A stretch of 46,250 nucleotides of DNA from Octopus bimaculoides (lineage: Eukaryota): positions 60,551,011 to 60,597,260 of the forward strand of contig NC_068984.1 in the NCBI RefSeq assembly GCF_001194135.2, written 5' to 3'. The translations under genes were made by a program, and so were the position numbers. Positions 13,119 through 24,441 of the stretch are shown one piece after another (the first letter of the stretch is position 1; every line of letters starts with the position of its first letter). Below the pieces are notes generated by a model. That model was not told the DNA's origin. It made no database searches and saw nothing but the letters and a program-made list of their open reading frames with translations.

Positions 13119-14071
13119 CAGGGTGTGGTGAATATACTGTTGTCTAAATTACATAAAAAGGAAAATAGAACTGACATCTCATTTTAACAGAATATACTAA
13201 AAATATTTTGAAACACTAAAGAGTAAATTTATTCAATAAACTCGCCATTGGCTTCAACCATGTCCTCCAGATGACTTTGGAATCTCCTGCAACTCTTCTG
13301 ACAGTCTCCTTGTTTAAGTTGGCAGATACTGCCATAATCCTTGCTTTCATTATCCTTGCATAATCCTTGCTTGGTGTTACAAGAAGTTTTGTTGGTCTCT
13401 TACTCAAGTGTGCCCCACACATAATAATCAAGGAGGTTGCAGTCTGGGGAGTTAGGTGGCTAGATATTAGGGGTGATGTGGTCACAGAAATTGTCTGACA
13501 GCCATGACTGGGTTCTCTTGTTTGTGTGGCATGGCGCAGAGTCCTGTTGCCAGACACAGGGTCTTCCAGCAGCCACCCTCTTGACCCAGGGCAGCACTAC
13601 CTTCTTGAAGCACTTGATGTAAGTCTCTATGTTGAGCCTGAAACCATGTGGGAAGATGAATAAAGGCATAATGTTGCCACAACTAGTGATCACTTCAAAT
13701 ACCATGATGTTGACTGGATGTTTGATTTTTGTTTCTCTCAGTACACATCCTCAGATTGCACTGTCCTCAGACCGACGCCCAATCACTCTGAAATGTTCAT
13801 CTTAGAGCTTCCAGNNNNNNNNNNACTGTCCTCAGACCGACGCCCAATCACTCTGAAATGTTCATCTTAGAGCTTCCAGTGTGAATGCCAGCCAATACAG
13901 CATGTCGTTTCAAAATTTCTGGCAGAGTGAATTGTGTCATGGTGTTGTTTTTCTCACAGATGGTGCCAAACTGATCCTACTATACCGTGTAGTCAACAAA
14001 ATCAAAAAGAAACAACTTGCATGCATGAAATTAAAAATATAAAATGGTGACAATTTACCCATTGCACTGTG
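13119..14071 (-). mobile_element. Internally deleted Tc1/mariner transposon, DD37D (maT-type)
   Basis: Minus-strand N-terminus MTQFTLPEILKRHAVLAGIHTGSS (ATG at 13940) joins directly to KIKHPVNIMVF...WQQDSAPCHT...*PPNSPDCNLLDYYVWG, with 37 residues between the 2nd and 3rd Asp. Degenerate TIRs: ta|cagggtgtggtgaatatactgttg at left and caatttacccattgcactgtg at right. Confidence 0.85.
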
Positions 14072-14219
14072 TGTGTATGTGTGTGTGTCTAGTAAGAAAA
14101 CAAGATAATGTTAGTGAAGGAATGCAATAAAAAAGACAAAAATAAAACTAAGCAGAAGAGAGTGAAGCAAAACAAAATAGAATGAGGAGGTTTAATTTTC
14201 TATTTTTTTCAAGAGGTTT

Positions 14220-14555
14220 ATATATAGATATAAAAGTAGACACATAGAGATAGATTGATAGATAGAAAGATAGATAGATAGATATGCAGATAGATATGCA
14301 GATAGATAGGCCAATAAATAGATAAGCAGATATGTAGATAGATAGGCAGACTAGTAGATAGATATATAGATAGATAGATAGATAGACAGACAGACAAATA
14401 GATAGATAGATAGATAGATAGACAGACAAATAGATAGATAGATAGAAAGACAGACAAATAAATAGATAGAGATATAGATAGATAGACAGACAGACAAATA
14501 AATAGATAGGTAGACAGATAGAAAAGCAGACAGACAGATGGATAGATAGATAGAT
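14220..14555. repeat. (GATA)n/(GACA)n tetranucleotide microsatellite
   Basis: Direct inspection. Confidence 0.95.
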
Positions 14556-14675
14556 TATCCTGCATATGGCATGTCACTTGGAGTGAGCCTTGTTGTTGGG
14601 TGTTATAGTTTGCATTGAGAGCACTTCTTAATAAAAAATTCTTCATCAAACATTATATATATATATATATATATA

Positions 14676-14832
14676 CTTTATTTAAAAGCAGCAGAAATAT
14701 AACAAAAAAAACCGTTACTCTGAGTTTCACGTTCCCGTTCAATGGATGCTTTTAAATAAGCATATTACTCTACCTCTGGTATTTGAGTACTCTTTTTTCC
14801 ACCTTGTTGCACATTTCATGTGCTTACTCCGG
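14676..14832 (-). mobile_element. Short element between two (TA)n tracts carrying a decayed hammerhead-like motif (putative PLE pseudo-LTR fragment)
   Basis: Minus strand reads CCATTGA-ACG-GGAA-CGT-GAAAC-TCAGA-GTA; flanked by (TA)n at 14654-14675 and 14833-14853. Confidence 0.5.
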
Positions 14833-14852
14833 TATATATATATATATATATA

Positions 14853-14995
14853 TGACAGTATTTTTACAGTTTCTGCCTACCAAATCCACTTACAAGGTTT
14901 TGCTAAGTCTGGGCTATAGTAGATGTCCCTTCATCAAGTGTGTTGAACTTGAAATTATGTAGTTGTAAAGTGAACTTCTTCACCATACTGCTGTG
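14853..14995 (-). mobile_element. SINE family B left half, diverged
   Basis: tttacagtttctgcctaccaaatccacttacaagg...cttcttcaccatac. Confidence 0.65.
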
Positions 14996-15314
14996 CTTAT
15001 TTCTTCTTAACTATTGGTTAAATAGTTCTTGTTCAGTTTTTCTGGGATCTTTTTAGTCATTTATGATATAAATTTCTTTGTTTAAAGTAATCTAAATTGA
15101 AACCTTTCCAAATACCTGCTTAATAAAAACAATGCTATTTTATTAAATTCTTCATTATATTCAAAATTAATTGGAACAAAGACAATATATGGTAACAAAA
15201 AGGTTAAGATGCCTAGTGACAATCAAGCTACTTGAAAGGTTTCCTGATTCCGTAATTGCCAGCCAGCACTTCAAAGAAATTAGAAACATTAGCAATGTAT
15301 AACTTTGAATAGTT

Positions 15315-15370
15315 TCATATATATATATATATGATAATAATGATGATAATGATGATATATGTGTGTGTGT

Positions 15371-15412
<42 letters not shown>

Positions 15413-15740
15413 TTGTGTGTATGTATGTATGTATGTATGTATGTATATATGTATGTGTTTTCATTTAGAGAATTCAAGCTGGCTCCTAACCAAATGGCAA
15501 GGCTCTTTTGTTTCAGTTAAGACAAATGTTGGGGTTTGTAATCATTTGAATTGGGTGATGTGTGTATATATGTATATGCATGTTTGTGCTTGTGGATAAC
15601 TTGTCTTTGTGTGGTGTATACACACACACAGACACACACACACACACACACACACATATGGATGCATGTATATATCTATGTTATTCATGTGTGCATGCAT
15701 GCCTGTATGCATGTACGTATGTATGTCTGCATGTGCACAT
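15315..15740. repeat. Compound (TA)n/(TG)n/(CA)n/(TATG)n microsatellites
   Basis: Direct inspection. Confidence 0.9.
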
Positions 15741-15862
15741 AGGTGCAGTACTGCCAAATGGTTAACAAGTTTGCTCTGCAAGTATAAGATCTGGGTTCAG
15801 TCCCACTATGTAGCATATTGCACAAATGTTCTTTCCCATAACTTTACCTCAACTTATATATA

Positions 15863-16121
15863 AAAATATATAAATGCGCCCTTTTAAAGCCTAGCCAGGC
15901 TCATGGGCCTGGTTTCCCGGTTTCAATGGCACATGTGTTCCCCAGCTGGACGGGACGACAGTCCATCGCAGCATTACTCATTTTTGCCAGCTGAGTGGCT
16001 AGAGCAACGTGAAATGAAGTGTTTTGCTCAAGAACACAATGCGTCGCCTGGTCCAGGAATCGAAACCACAATCTTACGATCATGATGCTGACACCCTAAC
16101 CACTAAACCACGTGCCTCCAT
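15863..16121 (-). mobile_element. tRNA-headed SINE: head H plus CORE-like plus V-domain-like segment, full length with TSD
   Basis: Minus strand: tggtttagtggttaggg...gtttcgattcctggacc, then ttcttgagcaaaacacttcatttcacgttgctc...aaaaatgagta, then tgcgatggactgtcgtcccgtccag; 14-bp TSD tcaacttatatata at 15849-15862 and 16122-16135. Confidence 0.88.
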
Positions 16122-16494
16122 TCAACTTATATATATTTTGAGTTAAATATGCAGATGTCTACTTTAGTACTAAGTATGATTACATACATATATTTGACTA
16201 CCCAGTTGCATGCAAGTAGAGTTATATCTATTTAAGTAGTAACCATCAGTACATGAATAACACAGCTTTTTTATTTCATGAATTGGTTATAGGAAAAAAT
16301 ACAGACAACGGGATGTAAGGAGATTTACTTCCTTCTGAAGACCTGTTGATAGTACAGTTTGTAGATTTCCAAACAAGATGAGGATGAGTTAGCAGGTTAT
16401 ATCTTGTCATCAACATGACAGTTGATGTAGTTATCATTGTTTTTATTGTTACTATCATCTCCATTACTACCATCACTACCACTGTCACAGTCAT

Positions 16495-16720
16495 CTTTTT
16501 ACATCTACTTTCCATGCTAGTTTGGTTTCAAAAGGTCATCATGGTCTGAGACAGTTTATATTCAGAATTGCTAGTTTTCTAATTGCATTGGAGGGTCGTA
16601 TCTTGGACATGTGTTCCATTTTTAGCATGGTTTCTATAGCTGGAACTCCTTTCTAACACCAACTGCTTTACAGAGTGTACTGACTGCATCTGATCATGTC
16701 ACCCACATTAAAGTTGTGGT
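16495..16720 (-). mobile_element. SINE-like family A, old diverged copy
   Basis: tttccatgctagtttgg...ggtttctatagctggaactcctttctaacaccaac...cagagtgtac. Confidence 0.55.
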
Positions 16721-16826
16721 CAGCAAAACTATAAGACCCCCTTGACCTGTGTTATTTCTGCTTGTCTGCTAGCTAGACATTTGGAGCCATAAACTGTTAG
16801 TTTAGATGGATTCAACTAGGCAGATG

Positions 16827-17036
16827 TGAAGGGGTATTGAAAAGTTTCTGGCTTTGGGTAAGAGAAAATACAGGAAGATCAGTTAATTATAATTTTATTC
16901 AGCGTATTCTTCTCTCAGATCACACACTTATTGTAGCAGTCCATCAGTTTTTCCAAGCCCTGTAAAAGAACTTGGAAGAGTGGACCTCCAAGCAGGCCTT
17001 TCTCTTAAAGCCAGAAACTTTTTCAGGACCCTCTTG
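16827..17036. mobile_element. Mariner-derived MITE
   Basis: Imperfect ~29-bp TIRs tgaaggggtattgaaaagtttctggcttt / aaagccagaaactttttcaggaccctcttg; about 210 bp, no ORF. Confidence 0.7.
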
Positions 17037-17188
17037 TGTATACTTTTGTTGCTGTTTGTGTTATAGTCATCTGTTGAATGCTTAGATATCATGCATAAAT
17101 CAGTAGTTCATGCCATACCATGATCCCCAATGAATCACTCATGAAGTTCACAGTGCTACTAATACACAGAGATGAGAGTGCGATGGGT

Positions 17189-17362
17189 AGATGTGTTTGT
17201 ACATCAGAGTTACTAAGTGTAGTGGTAAGATGCGAAGGGTCACCATATGTAGATTGTCAATGTTGTTATTACGCTGTTTCATCGTTCCTTCCACTACCTA
17301 CATATGGTTACCCTTCGCATTTTAGTAGCTCTGCACTTGGTAACTCCGATGTATACACACAT
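17189..17362. repeat. Long imperfect inverted repeat (about 64-bp arms, 45-nt spacer)
   Basis: agatgtgtttgtacatcagagttactaagtg...atgcgaagggtcaccatatgtag (17189-17252) pairs with ctacatatggttacccttcgcat...cacttggtaactccgatgtatacacatct (17298-17362). Confidence 0.85.
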
Positions 17363-18082
17363 CTGTAGGAGCTCGCTTAGCCCTGCCTAACTGAGATTCA
17401 AAGCTAAATCTATACAGACAACCAACCTTCTGATTCCATTGTGTTTTATCTCTATGTTGGGAAATTAATTAGAAACATCTGGCCTCCTACCACCTTTGCT
17501 GGTCACTGAAGGGTCAGTCCATTGATTTAGGCTTGACCTACTTCCTGGCTATACCCTGTATAACTTGAGAACATATCTCTCTTGCCCTCTTTGGTTAATG
17601 TATGACAACACCATGCATTTGACCAGAGTTTTTGTTGTTTAGCTTAAGGGGTTTCAGTTTAGTCATTCTCCTAGAAACGCTATCTGTTATAGATAAGCAC
17701 TTTGTCTAGAAAGAGACTAATCTTGCATCCACCTAAATGTTACCAAAGGAAGAGTTGAGTATCATCTATGAGAAACCTTTGAAATCTGAAATAATCAGCT
17801 TCTGTTACTTCCTTTTAGTTGCTATTTGATTTTTTTTTCTAAGACCCCAGCTAGTCAAATTGATTGTATTGATGGCATGCTGTTTTAAACTCTCTCACAT
17901 ACACACACACACACACACACAATCACACACATCTTTTGTATCATCAATAGAACGTGTGTGACTATGTGTGTTTATGCATTTATGTACATATGCATATATC
18001 TGGGTGGGTGTGAGTGAGTGTGTGCATGTGTATATATCTGTATATTTGTTTTTATGTATATACACATATACATGTGTATGTA

Positions 18083-18125
<43 letters not shown>

Positions 18126-18598
18126 NNNNNNNNNNNNNNNNNNNNNNNNNNNNNNNNNNNNNNNNNNNNNNNNNNNNNNNNNNNNNNNNNNNNNNNNNNN
18201 NNNNNNNNNNNNNNNNNNNNNNNNNNNNNNNNNNNNNNNNNNNNNNNNNNNNNNNNNNNNNNNNNNNNNNNNNNNNNNNNNNNNNNNNNNNNNNNNNNNN
18301 NNNNNNNNNNNNNNNNNNNNNNNNNNNNNNNNNNNNNNNNNNNNNNNNNNNNNNNNNNNNNNNNNNNNNNNNNNNNNNNNNNNNNNNNNNNNNNNNNNNN
18401 NNNNNNNNNNNNNNNNNNNNNNNNNNNNNNNNNNNNNNNNNNNNNNNNNNNNNNNNNNNNNNNNNCATTTCTACTTTTATTCTTTTAGAAAACAGAATGC
18501 TTTTGCTTATAGTTTTTTTTTGCATTTTTTTTTTGTTTTTCTTGCAACAAAACAGAATTATTTCCTATCAGTTTTTCAACAATTTTTTTGTTAGAGAA

Positions 18599-18599
<1 letters not shown>

Positions 18600-18646
<47 letters not shown>

Positions 18647-18675
18647 CATCATCATCATAATAATAATAATACTAC

Positions 18676-18706
<31 letters not shown>

Positions 18707-18708
18707 TA
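18600..18708. repeat. (AAT)n/(CAT)n microsatellite
   Basis: Direct inspection. Confidence 0.95.
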
Positions 18709-19452
18709 GCAAGCAAAAATGAATGAATAATTTGAAAGAAAAATTAATAAAATGAATATAAATATTGATAAATAAAATAAACTATATGAATGCATGAAAA
18801 TGAAATGTTATAAAAAAGGAAATGAACAAAAAATGGAAAATAGAAAAAAGGAAAGAAGGAAAATGTACAGGAAAAAGTCCCTTAAAAAATGCAAAAAATA
18901 CATGAAACAAAATATAACAAAAAAAAAAACAAGAAACAAATAGTATTATGGTTCTTATGGAGAATCAGCAGAAAATAAATGTTTGCTGATCTTATATTAA
19001 CTTTCACTCAAATTTTACTAATCAAATAGTGATTTACCCTGAGCTGTGTAGCGAAGCAAAATGAAAGAGAGGTGTGTGTGTGTGAAAAAAATGAAATCAA
19101 GCAAATAAAAAAAATTCATTGCTATTTTTATAGTTTTCTGATAATGGTGAATTGGTAGTATCATTAAAGTAAATACTGCTTTTGCTGTGTTTGCTCTGGC
19201 AGTCTGCATTCTGTGTTCAAATCCCATTGTATTCAACTTTGCCATTTATCCTTCAGGCTAGGGAGTGATAAAGTATCAGTTTAATTCTGAGATAAATCTC
19301 TCTCTCTCTCTCTCTCTCTCACTTGTTCTTGATAATTCCGTTCATCATATTCACTTTCCTAAAAGTTGAGGGTATACTCTGACATATTTGCTTATTAGTT
19401 TACTTCTTTCAGTCATTAGAATTTTTTGTTGAATGAATTGACTGCCAGTACT

Positions 19453-19886
19453 AAGGCAGTGAGCTGGCAGAAACATTAGCATACTGGGCAAAATGTTTAG
19501 CAATATTTCGTCTGTCATTACGTGCTGGGTTCAAATTCCGCGCAAGTTGACTTTGCCTTTCATCCTTTCGGGGCCGATAAATTAAGTACCAGTTAAGCAC
19601 TGGGGTCGATGTAATCGACTTAATCCCTTTGTTTGTCCTTGTTTGTCCCCTCTATGTTTAGCCCCTTGTGGGCAATAAAGAAATAAGAAACGTTAGCATG
19701 CTGGGGAAAATGCTTAGCGGTATTTCGTCTGTCTTTACGTTCTGAGTTCAAATCATACCGAGGTCGACTTTGCCTTTCATCCTTTCAGGGTTGATGAATT
19801 AAGTACCAGTTGTGTTCTGATGTCAATCTAATCGACTAGCCCTCTTCCCCCAAATTTCAGGCCTTGTGCCTAGAATAGAAAAGAAT
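19453..19886 (+). mobile_element. SINE family D, dimeric (two fused monomers), CORE-like body
   Basis: aaggcagtgagctggcagaa...ggttcaaattcc...gactttgcctttcatcctttcgg occurs twice (from 19453 and from about 19686) with different 3' ends. Confidence 0.88.
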
Positions 19887-20192
19887 TGACCCCAGTACAT
19901 TTCTTTTTCAAGCCTGATACTTATTCTTACAATCTCTTTTGGTAAACCAAGTTACAGGGACATAAACACCAACACCGGTTGTCAAGTGGTTGAGGAGACA
20001 AACACGAAGACACACACAAACACATGACATATATGATGAGCTTCTTACAGTTTCCTTCTTCCAAATTCACTCACAAAGTTTTGAACAGCCTGAGGCTATA
20101 GTAGAAAACATTTGCTCAAAGTGTTTTGCAGTGGAACTGAACCTGGAACCATGTAGTTGGGAAGCAAGCTTACCACAGAGCCATGCCTGCAC
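19887..20192 (-). mobile_element. SINE family B, diverged
   Basis: Colinear antisense match to 45808-46215. Confidence 0.8.
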
Positions 20193-21233
20193 CTTCACTA
20201 GCTTCACTATTGTTTCTCATTTTCAGCTAGGGTAATGGTCTATCTTCTCCACAAGACGACACCTGTTTCTCTGTCATACTTTCTGAAGGACTTCTGAACG
20301 GCAACCTAAATGAAAAACAAAAAATATCTACCTTGAGTTTTTTAGTAGTGTGGTCCACTTTATGATTCCCATGTGGCTGCTTCTTGGAAAAGGTTGCCCA
20401 TTCTTGATCTAGACAGTAAGTCTTGGACTATGTTTTTCAAATGTGTCCTTGGTATTTCATGAAAACAAGGAATTATTTGAGAGAGATTTGGTTGTTATTT
20501 CAAGCTAATTGAATACCTACTTAAAGGTCTCTTCCTTATTTAAGAAGGTGGTGGATATGTCTTTTCCAGGTAACAGTATTTTCTTTTCTCCACATTATGC
20601 TTGATGGTAAGCTTTGGTGGAACTAGTGATGGAAATGACGTTATTTATGACACATTGAAGGAGAAGACTAATAATGTCTTTGATGAGAAGTTGTGCTAGA
20701 ACTGGTGAAGGAAATTAGTGACATTTGTGACACATTTGAGTGGGATTGACAATGACTTTGCATCTGCAGGCTAAATTCAATTATATGTTCACACCTACCC
20801 ACACACATATACAGATGTTCCACACATATGACATGACTTTAGAATCATTTCCTGGTGAACGTTTTACTTAGAAATAATGTCACAGTTAGTCATTATTTAT
20901 TAATTGTTTATCTGTTTAGCTACTTTATTCCACTGATGGTATCACAGGAAAACTGAATTTGAAGTGATCCTAATGATATCTTCTTGTCCTCAAAAATCTT
21001 TATCATAATGATGCTAATGTAAGTATATTTGCATGTGTAACCAACACGTGGCCAGTACATCCTTCATTGGATGTACTGGCACCTTACATCAAATACCTCT
21101 GAAGGGATGAAAAAGAAAATGTTTGAGAAAGAGGTGGAGGAGAAAGAAAGAGATAAATAGAGATAGGGAGAGAGAGAGAAGGGGTTGCTTTTCACTGTAC
21201 TGTTGCCAAACCTCATTCAGACCATATCCTTTT

Positions 21234-21505
21234 CATCATCATCATCATCATCGTTTAACGTCCGCTTTCCATGCTAGCATGGGTTGGACGATTTGACTGA
21301 GGACTGGTGAAACCGGATGGCAACACCAGGCTCCAATCTGATTTGGCAGAGTTTCTACAGCTGGATGCCCTTCCTAATGCCAACCACTCCAAGAGTGTAG
21401 TGGGTGCTTTTACGTGCCACTGGCACGAAAGCCAGTCAGGAGGTACTGGCAACGGCCACACTCAAAATGGCGTATTTTACGTGCCACCTGCACAGGAGCC
21501 AGTCC
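21234..21505 (-). mobile_element. SINE-like retroelement family A, young, longer copy
   Basis: Near-identical to 9726 and 12749; extends further 5' with two tttacgtgccac units. Confidence 0.92.
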
Positions 21506-21969
21506 TTTTGACTTAAATAAAACATATTTTGGATAATGTAGCTCTTGATACACAAAAGGACAGGAAGGCTGGAATGCTTCTTCATCATATGTCTGTTTGA
21601 TCAGGATTGATCTCGGGCTGAACATTGGCCAAACTTCAAGCCAGTGAGGGATGATCCTCTGCTCATTCACTCAATGTACTTAAAATATTCTAGTCAAATT
21701 TCTCTAAAATCACACAGTATGAATTTAATTTAGGAGAAGACATTATGGACAATATAGTTCCTATCATCATCATCATCACCATTATACATTCATTTTACTA
21801 TGCTTGCATAGGTTAGATGGAAATTGTTGAGGCAGATTCTCTTCATCTAGATGCTATTGCTACCATTAACTCTCACATATTTCCAAGTAATGTAATATTT
21901 TCTCATAGCTAGACATATTTTTCATGGAAGACTGGACATGAGCAATCTCACTCATTTATAACTATATAC

Positions 21970-21994
<25 letters not shown>

Positions 21995-22000
<6 letters not shown>

Positions 22001-22135
22001 AATGGAGCAAAACGCATATAAATGAAAGTTCCTTTAATTCCTACATATGTTTCAAAATATATGTGCACTCTACTCCAAAGAAGTAAGAGGTGCTGGAATC
22101 GCACATATATTCATGCGTTTTGCTCCATTTATTAT
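21995..22135. mobile_element. About 140-bp element with perfect terminal inverted repeats and a truncated hammerhead motif, next to (TA)n
   Basis: aataaatggagcaaaacgcat (21997-22017) / atgcgttttgctccatttatt (22113-22133); inner stem aatatatgtgc / gcacatatatt; minus strand GAA-ACATATGT-A. Confidence 0.7.
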
Positions 22136-22334
22136 TATTATTATTCATTTCTACTCAAAATGCATCACTTTAACTTGGAATCTCTACCTATAAAACAGGT
22201 GTGATATCCTGTTTTTTTTGTGTGATTTTTGCTACCCATGGTAACTATTAACATATTTACATTGCCAAGGTTTTTTTAAACCGAGATAATATTAATATAT
22301 ACATAAATTATTATATATATACCTGTGTGTGTAT

Positions 22335-22633
22335 GAGGACACATGGCGTAGTGGTTAGGGTGTTGAACTCACGATCGGGAGATTGTGATTTCAGTTCCCT
22401 AGACCGGGTGATGCATTGCATTCTTGAGTGAAACACTTCATCTTGCATTGCTCTGTGATCATTTGGACACCTGATATACACAGTGCACCTGTTCAGACAA
22501 TGTCGATTTGATGGCGAGAGTGAGCTAATGTGTGGCACAAACATTTGATCACTATAAACAAGTCATTTGCGGAGGTCATTCAACAAAAGCTGGACACTTA
22601 TATGTCATTTGCTACAGGAGAGTCCATCATCTG
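22335..22633 (+). mobile_element. tRNA-headed SINE: head H with a third type of body and tail
   Basis: atggcgtagtggttagggtgttgaactcacgatc...ttcttgagtgaaacacttcatc matches head H; downstream sequence is unlike that of 1105 or 15863. Confidence 0.75.
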
Positions 22634-22737
22634 TCATATAAAATAGACCTCTGTGTGAGTGTATTCATTTTCATTGCAAAAATGGCTGTGCAGATTGGTT
22701 CCATTCGTGGGATATATAAATAATTTGACCTCAGATA

Positions 22738-23950
22738 TTAGGTCGTCAAGTATGAAATTTGTAGTAAGGTATATGGTAAACTTTGACAGCTGCTCATTTT
22801 GTGCCATTATTATATTTTGACAATCTTTATTTTTTTGTGAGAAAGCTGACACATCTATTTTTTTATTCTAACTCATTTTGCACTTTATAAAGTATTTATA
22901 AACTGTATTTTGGTATTTTTGTTTAGAGATGGATAGGTCGGAAATTTGTACAGTTTTGAAATATGAGTTCTTTCTTGGAAATACAGCATCACAGACAGCT
23001 CAGAATATTAATGGAGTATTTCATTCTAATTTTATTACACAGCTCACAAATGAGCAAAATGATCGACCAGAAACAAAGGTGGATAATGATGAACTGAAAG
23101 TCACCGTAGAGTCAGATCTATCTCAAACTGCCTGTGAATTATTGTTGTTGTTTGGTGTTAGCAAGCAAACAATATTGACTCACCTAGTTTAAATCGGTAA
23201 AATGAAAAAGTTGGATAAGTGGGTTCCACATGAACTCAATGAAAATAAAAAACAGCATTATGCCTGCATTATGCTACTTTCTCGTCACAAAAATGAATCA
23301 TTTTTGAATTGAATTGTAACATGAGATGAGAAGTGGATCCAATACAACAGCCATAAATGTTCAGCACAATGATTGGACAAAGACAAGCCACCAAAACAGT
23401 CCAAAAAGCAAAATTCATCAAAAGTAGCTGATGGTGTGTGTTTGGTGGTCTGGCGCAAGTGTGATCCATTAGACCTGGCTCATCAATCACAGCCAAAGTA
23501 TACTGCAGCCAACTGGACCAAATGATGTAGAAACTTACAAAAAACAATCTAGATTAGTCAACAGATCCTATTTTATTACAAGACAATGCCAGACTACACA
23601 TCACAAAAATGACGTTGTTGAAACTAGAATTGGAGTTGGAAGTTCTCCATTATCCACCATACTCACCTGATCTTGCCCCCACTGACTACCACTTCTTCCA
23701 GAATTCGGATAACTTTTTGATAGGCAAAAAATTTAATTCTGATGATGCTGTAAAACAAGCGTTCTAAAATTTTATTGACTCTAGATTACTGCCAGGCTTT
23801 TACAGTTTGGGGTTGGACAAGCTACTGCAGAAATGGCAAAAGTGTATTGACAATATGAGTGCATACTTTGATGAATAAAACTATTCCTTGTATTTATAAA
23901 ACATTAGCAAACTTTTTTCTTTTCTACAAATTTCATACTTGACGACCTAA
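22738..23950 (+). mobile_element. Full-length mariner DNA transposon (1213 bp)
   Basis: Perfect 27-bp TIRs ttaggtcgtcaagtatgaaatttgtag (22738-22764) / ctacaaatttcatacttgacgacctaa (23924-23950); TA TSD at 22736-22737 and 23951-23952. Confidence 0.96.
22929..23878 (+). pseudogene. Mariner transposase pseudogene
   Basis: MDRSEICTVLKYEF (HTH), KWVPHEL, VT*DEKWI, LQDNAR and YPPYSPDLAPTDYHFF motifs; at least four in-frame stops and a frameshift. Confidence 0.95.
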
Positions 23951-24399
23951 TACATAATAGGGTCTTCATTTTAATTTTTTTTATCAAAAATAAATAATAC
24001 TGCTTTATATATATGATCCACTTCTTCAAAAAGGTTTTTCAATGTCAACTTCTGGTATTAATGTAGCTACTACCTAAACAATATTAATTTGTTGCAGGCG
24101 AAATTTTCTGTTTTCATTTGTGAAGACTCTCATTCTCTATTTTAATGTTTTCATTTCAAGTTTTCAGTCACTTTTTGCAAACAGCTACGATAAATTATTG
24201 AAAGAAATATTTACTAAGCAAGTGAGATTTTTTTATGAATTGAAGTTTTCAAGAAAATTTACTTTCTAAACTTCCTTTTATTATTGAATATTTCAAGTTC
24301 TCAAATTTAAATATTCAGTGCAAGATAGTTTTTAATGAGCTTTTATTTATACGAATTTTTCATTTCATGTTTATTTCCTTCATAGTTTGCAATGTTCTC

Positions 24400-24405
24400 T
24401 CCTCC

Positions 24406-24441
<36 letters not shown>

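Noticed and set aside
13760-13879. Apparent 55-bp tandem duplication inside the maT element
   Set aside because: Same gap-flanking artefact.
17253-17297. Minus-strand GAAAC-AGC-GTA in the hairpin spacer
   Set aside because: No CTGANGA and no stem II; too little to call a hammerhead.
17120-17368. 82-aa ORF as a host gene
   Set aside because: It overlaps the inverted repeat and has no recognisable domain or splice context.
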